Shown: positions 63,301 to 64,000 of the stretch, piece after piece | How the letters are laid out: the number at the start of each line of letters is the position of its first letter | Numbering within the stretch: the stretch's first letter is position 1 | Source of the DNA: the human T2T-CHM13v2.0 reference genome, Homo sapiens | Length of the DNA: 64,000 nucleotides | Assembly (NCBI RefSeq): GCF_009914755.1 | Contig: NC_060932.1 | Reading direction: 5' to 3' (one strand) | Position numbers and translations under genes: made by a program | The notes under the pieces: generated by a model | What the model was told of the DNA's origin: nothing | The model's database searches: none | The model's input: only the letters and a program-made list of their open reading frames with translations

Positions 63301-64000
63301 AAAAGGCATTACAACTTTTATTTTCCTTCAAAAAATATTTGCTATAAGCACTTATTTTCTTTAAGCCAATTAACTAGAGCTTTTTAAATATAAACATCAC
63401 ACACATAGCACATATATAACTACACAGGCAGAGAGAAGAAGATCCAGTACTTATAGGATTTTTCATATGCCAATCTCCTAATTGGATTACTGGCCTCCAG
63501 GTGGAGCCCTTCAAAAAACAGGGCTAGGAAAGCATGCAGTTTCTAGGGCCTAATAAACAGGCATAGCTGGAAGACAAAAACAGATATTGAGAGGGATCTA
63601 TCCTCTTTTAATTTTGGGATTCCATGAGGAAAACAGGTGTTTTTTTTTTTCTCTCAAAATGGGGTCTGTGGCACATTCTCTGTTTTTCCCAAAGAGTCTC
63701 ATGCTCTCAGAAGTTATCTTAGGCCCTTTCATGCATGCATTAAGAGTGGCAAGGCAAAATGGAAAAAAATAATTCAGTTGACTGAGAAGGGGAAAAAAAA
63801 ATCTTTTTTCAGAAAAACAAGATCCAAGAAAGAAAAACATAAAGGCCTTTTAAATATACCTATAGCTTGGATATCTACTTTTAAATAAGCTGATTTTTAA
63901 TCATAGTAATCTTTACGAAAAATTCTTTTAAATCTCTTATTACCCGACTTTACCCACATCAAGTAGCCAATATTTCTGGCTTTTGAAGTTTACTAAAAGT
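60309..64000 (-). mobile_element. MER4-group ERV1 internal region (non-coding, AT-rich), continuing past the window end
   Basis: PPT adjacent to the LTR; env cytoplasmic-tail remnant; typical MER4-int motifs (tatttgcataa...cagcaagaat; cttgattccttaaagggaagca). Confidence 0.8.

Overview
Human-type, AT-rich, repeat-dominated intergenic or deep-intronic DNA; a diagnostic AluYa5 points to Homo sapiens. I find no intact protein-coding gene: the long ORFs in the track are L1, Tigger1, Alu or low-complexity derived. Two decayed gene relics are recognisable: a tRNA-Asn(GTT) pseudogene at 1-72 and a 5'-truncated RFPL-family (PRY/SPRY, B30.2) pseudogene on the minus strand (~15438-16572), which sits in an old L1ME and was later split by a THE1A LTR. 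Major elements are a near full-length Tigger1 (5798-8543), a truncated L1PA (34936-36969), a full-length but inactivated L1PA3 (40930-47290), an antisense L1PA15/16 (~49615-54185), MLT2A and MER57 LTRs, several Alus and a MER4-group ERV1 running off the right edge. The most unusual sequence-level signals are repair or replication scars: a ~210-bp locally templated palindromic insertion in L1PA3 ORF2, an old ~160-bp inverted duplication that now brackets the L1PA3, and a microhomology deletion at the THE1A/RFPL junction. I see no evidence for a new multi-gene biological system. Repeat subfamily names come from recalled consensus sequences, and old-repeat boundaries are approximate.
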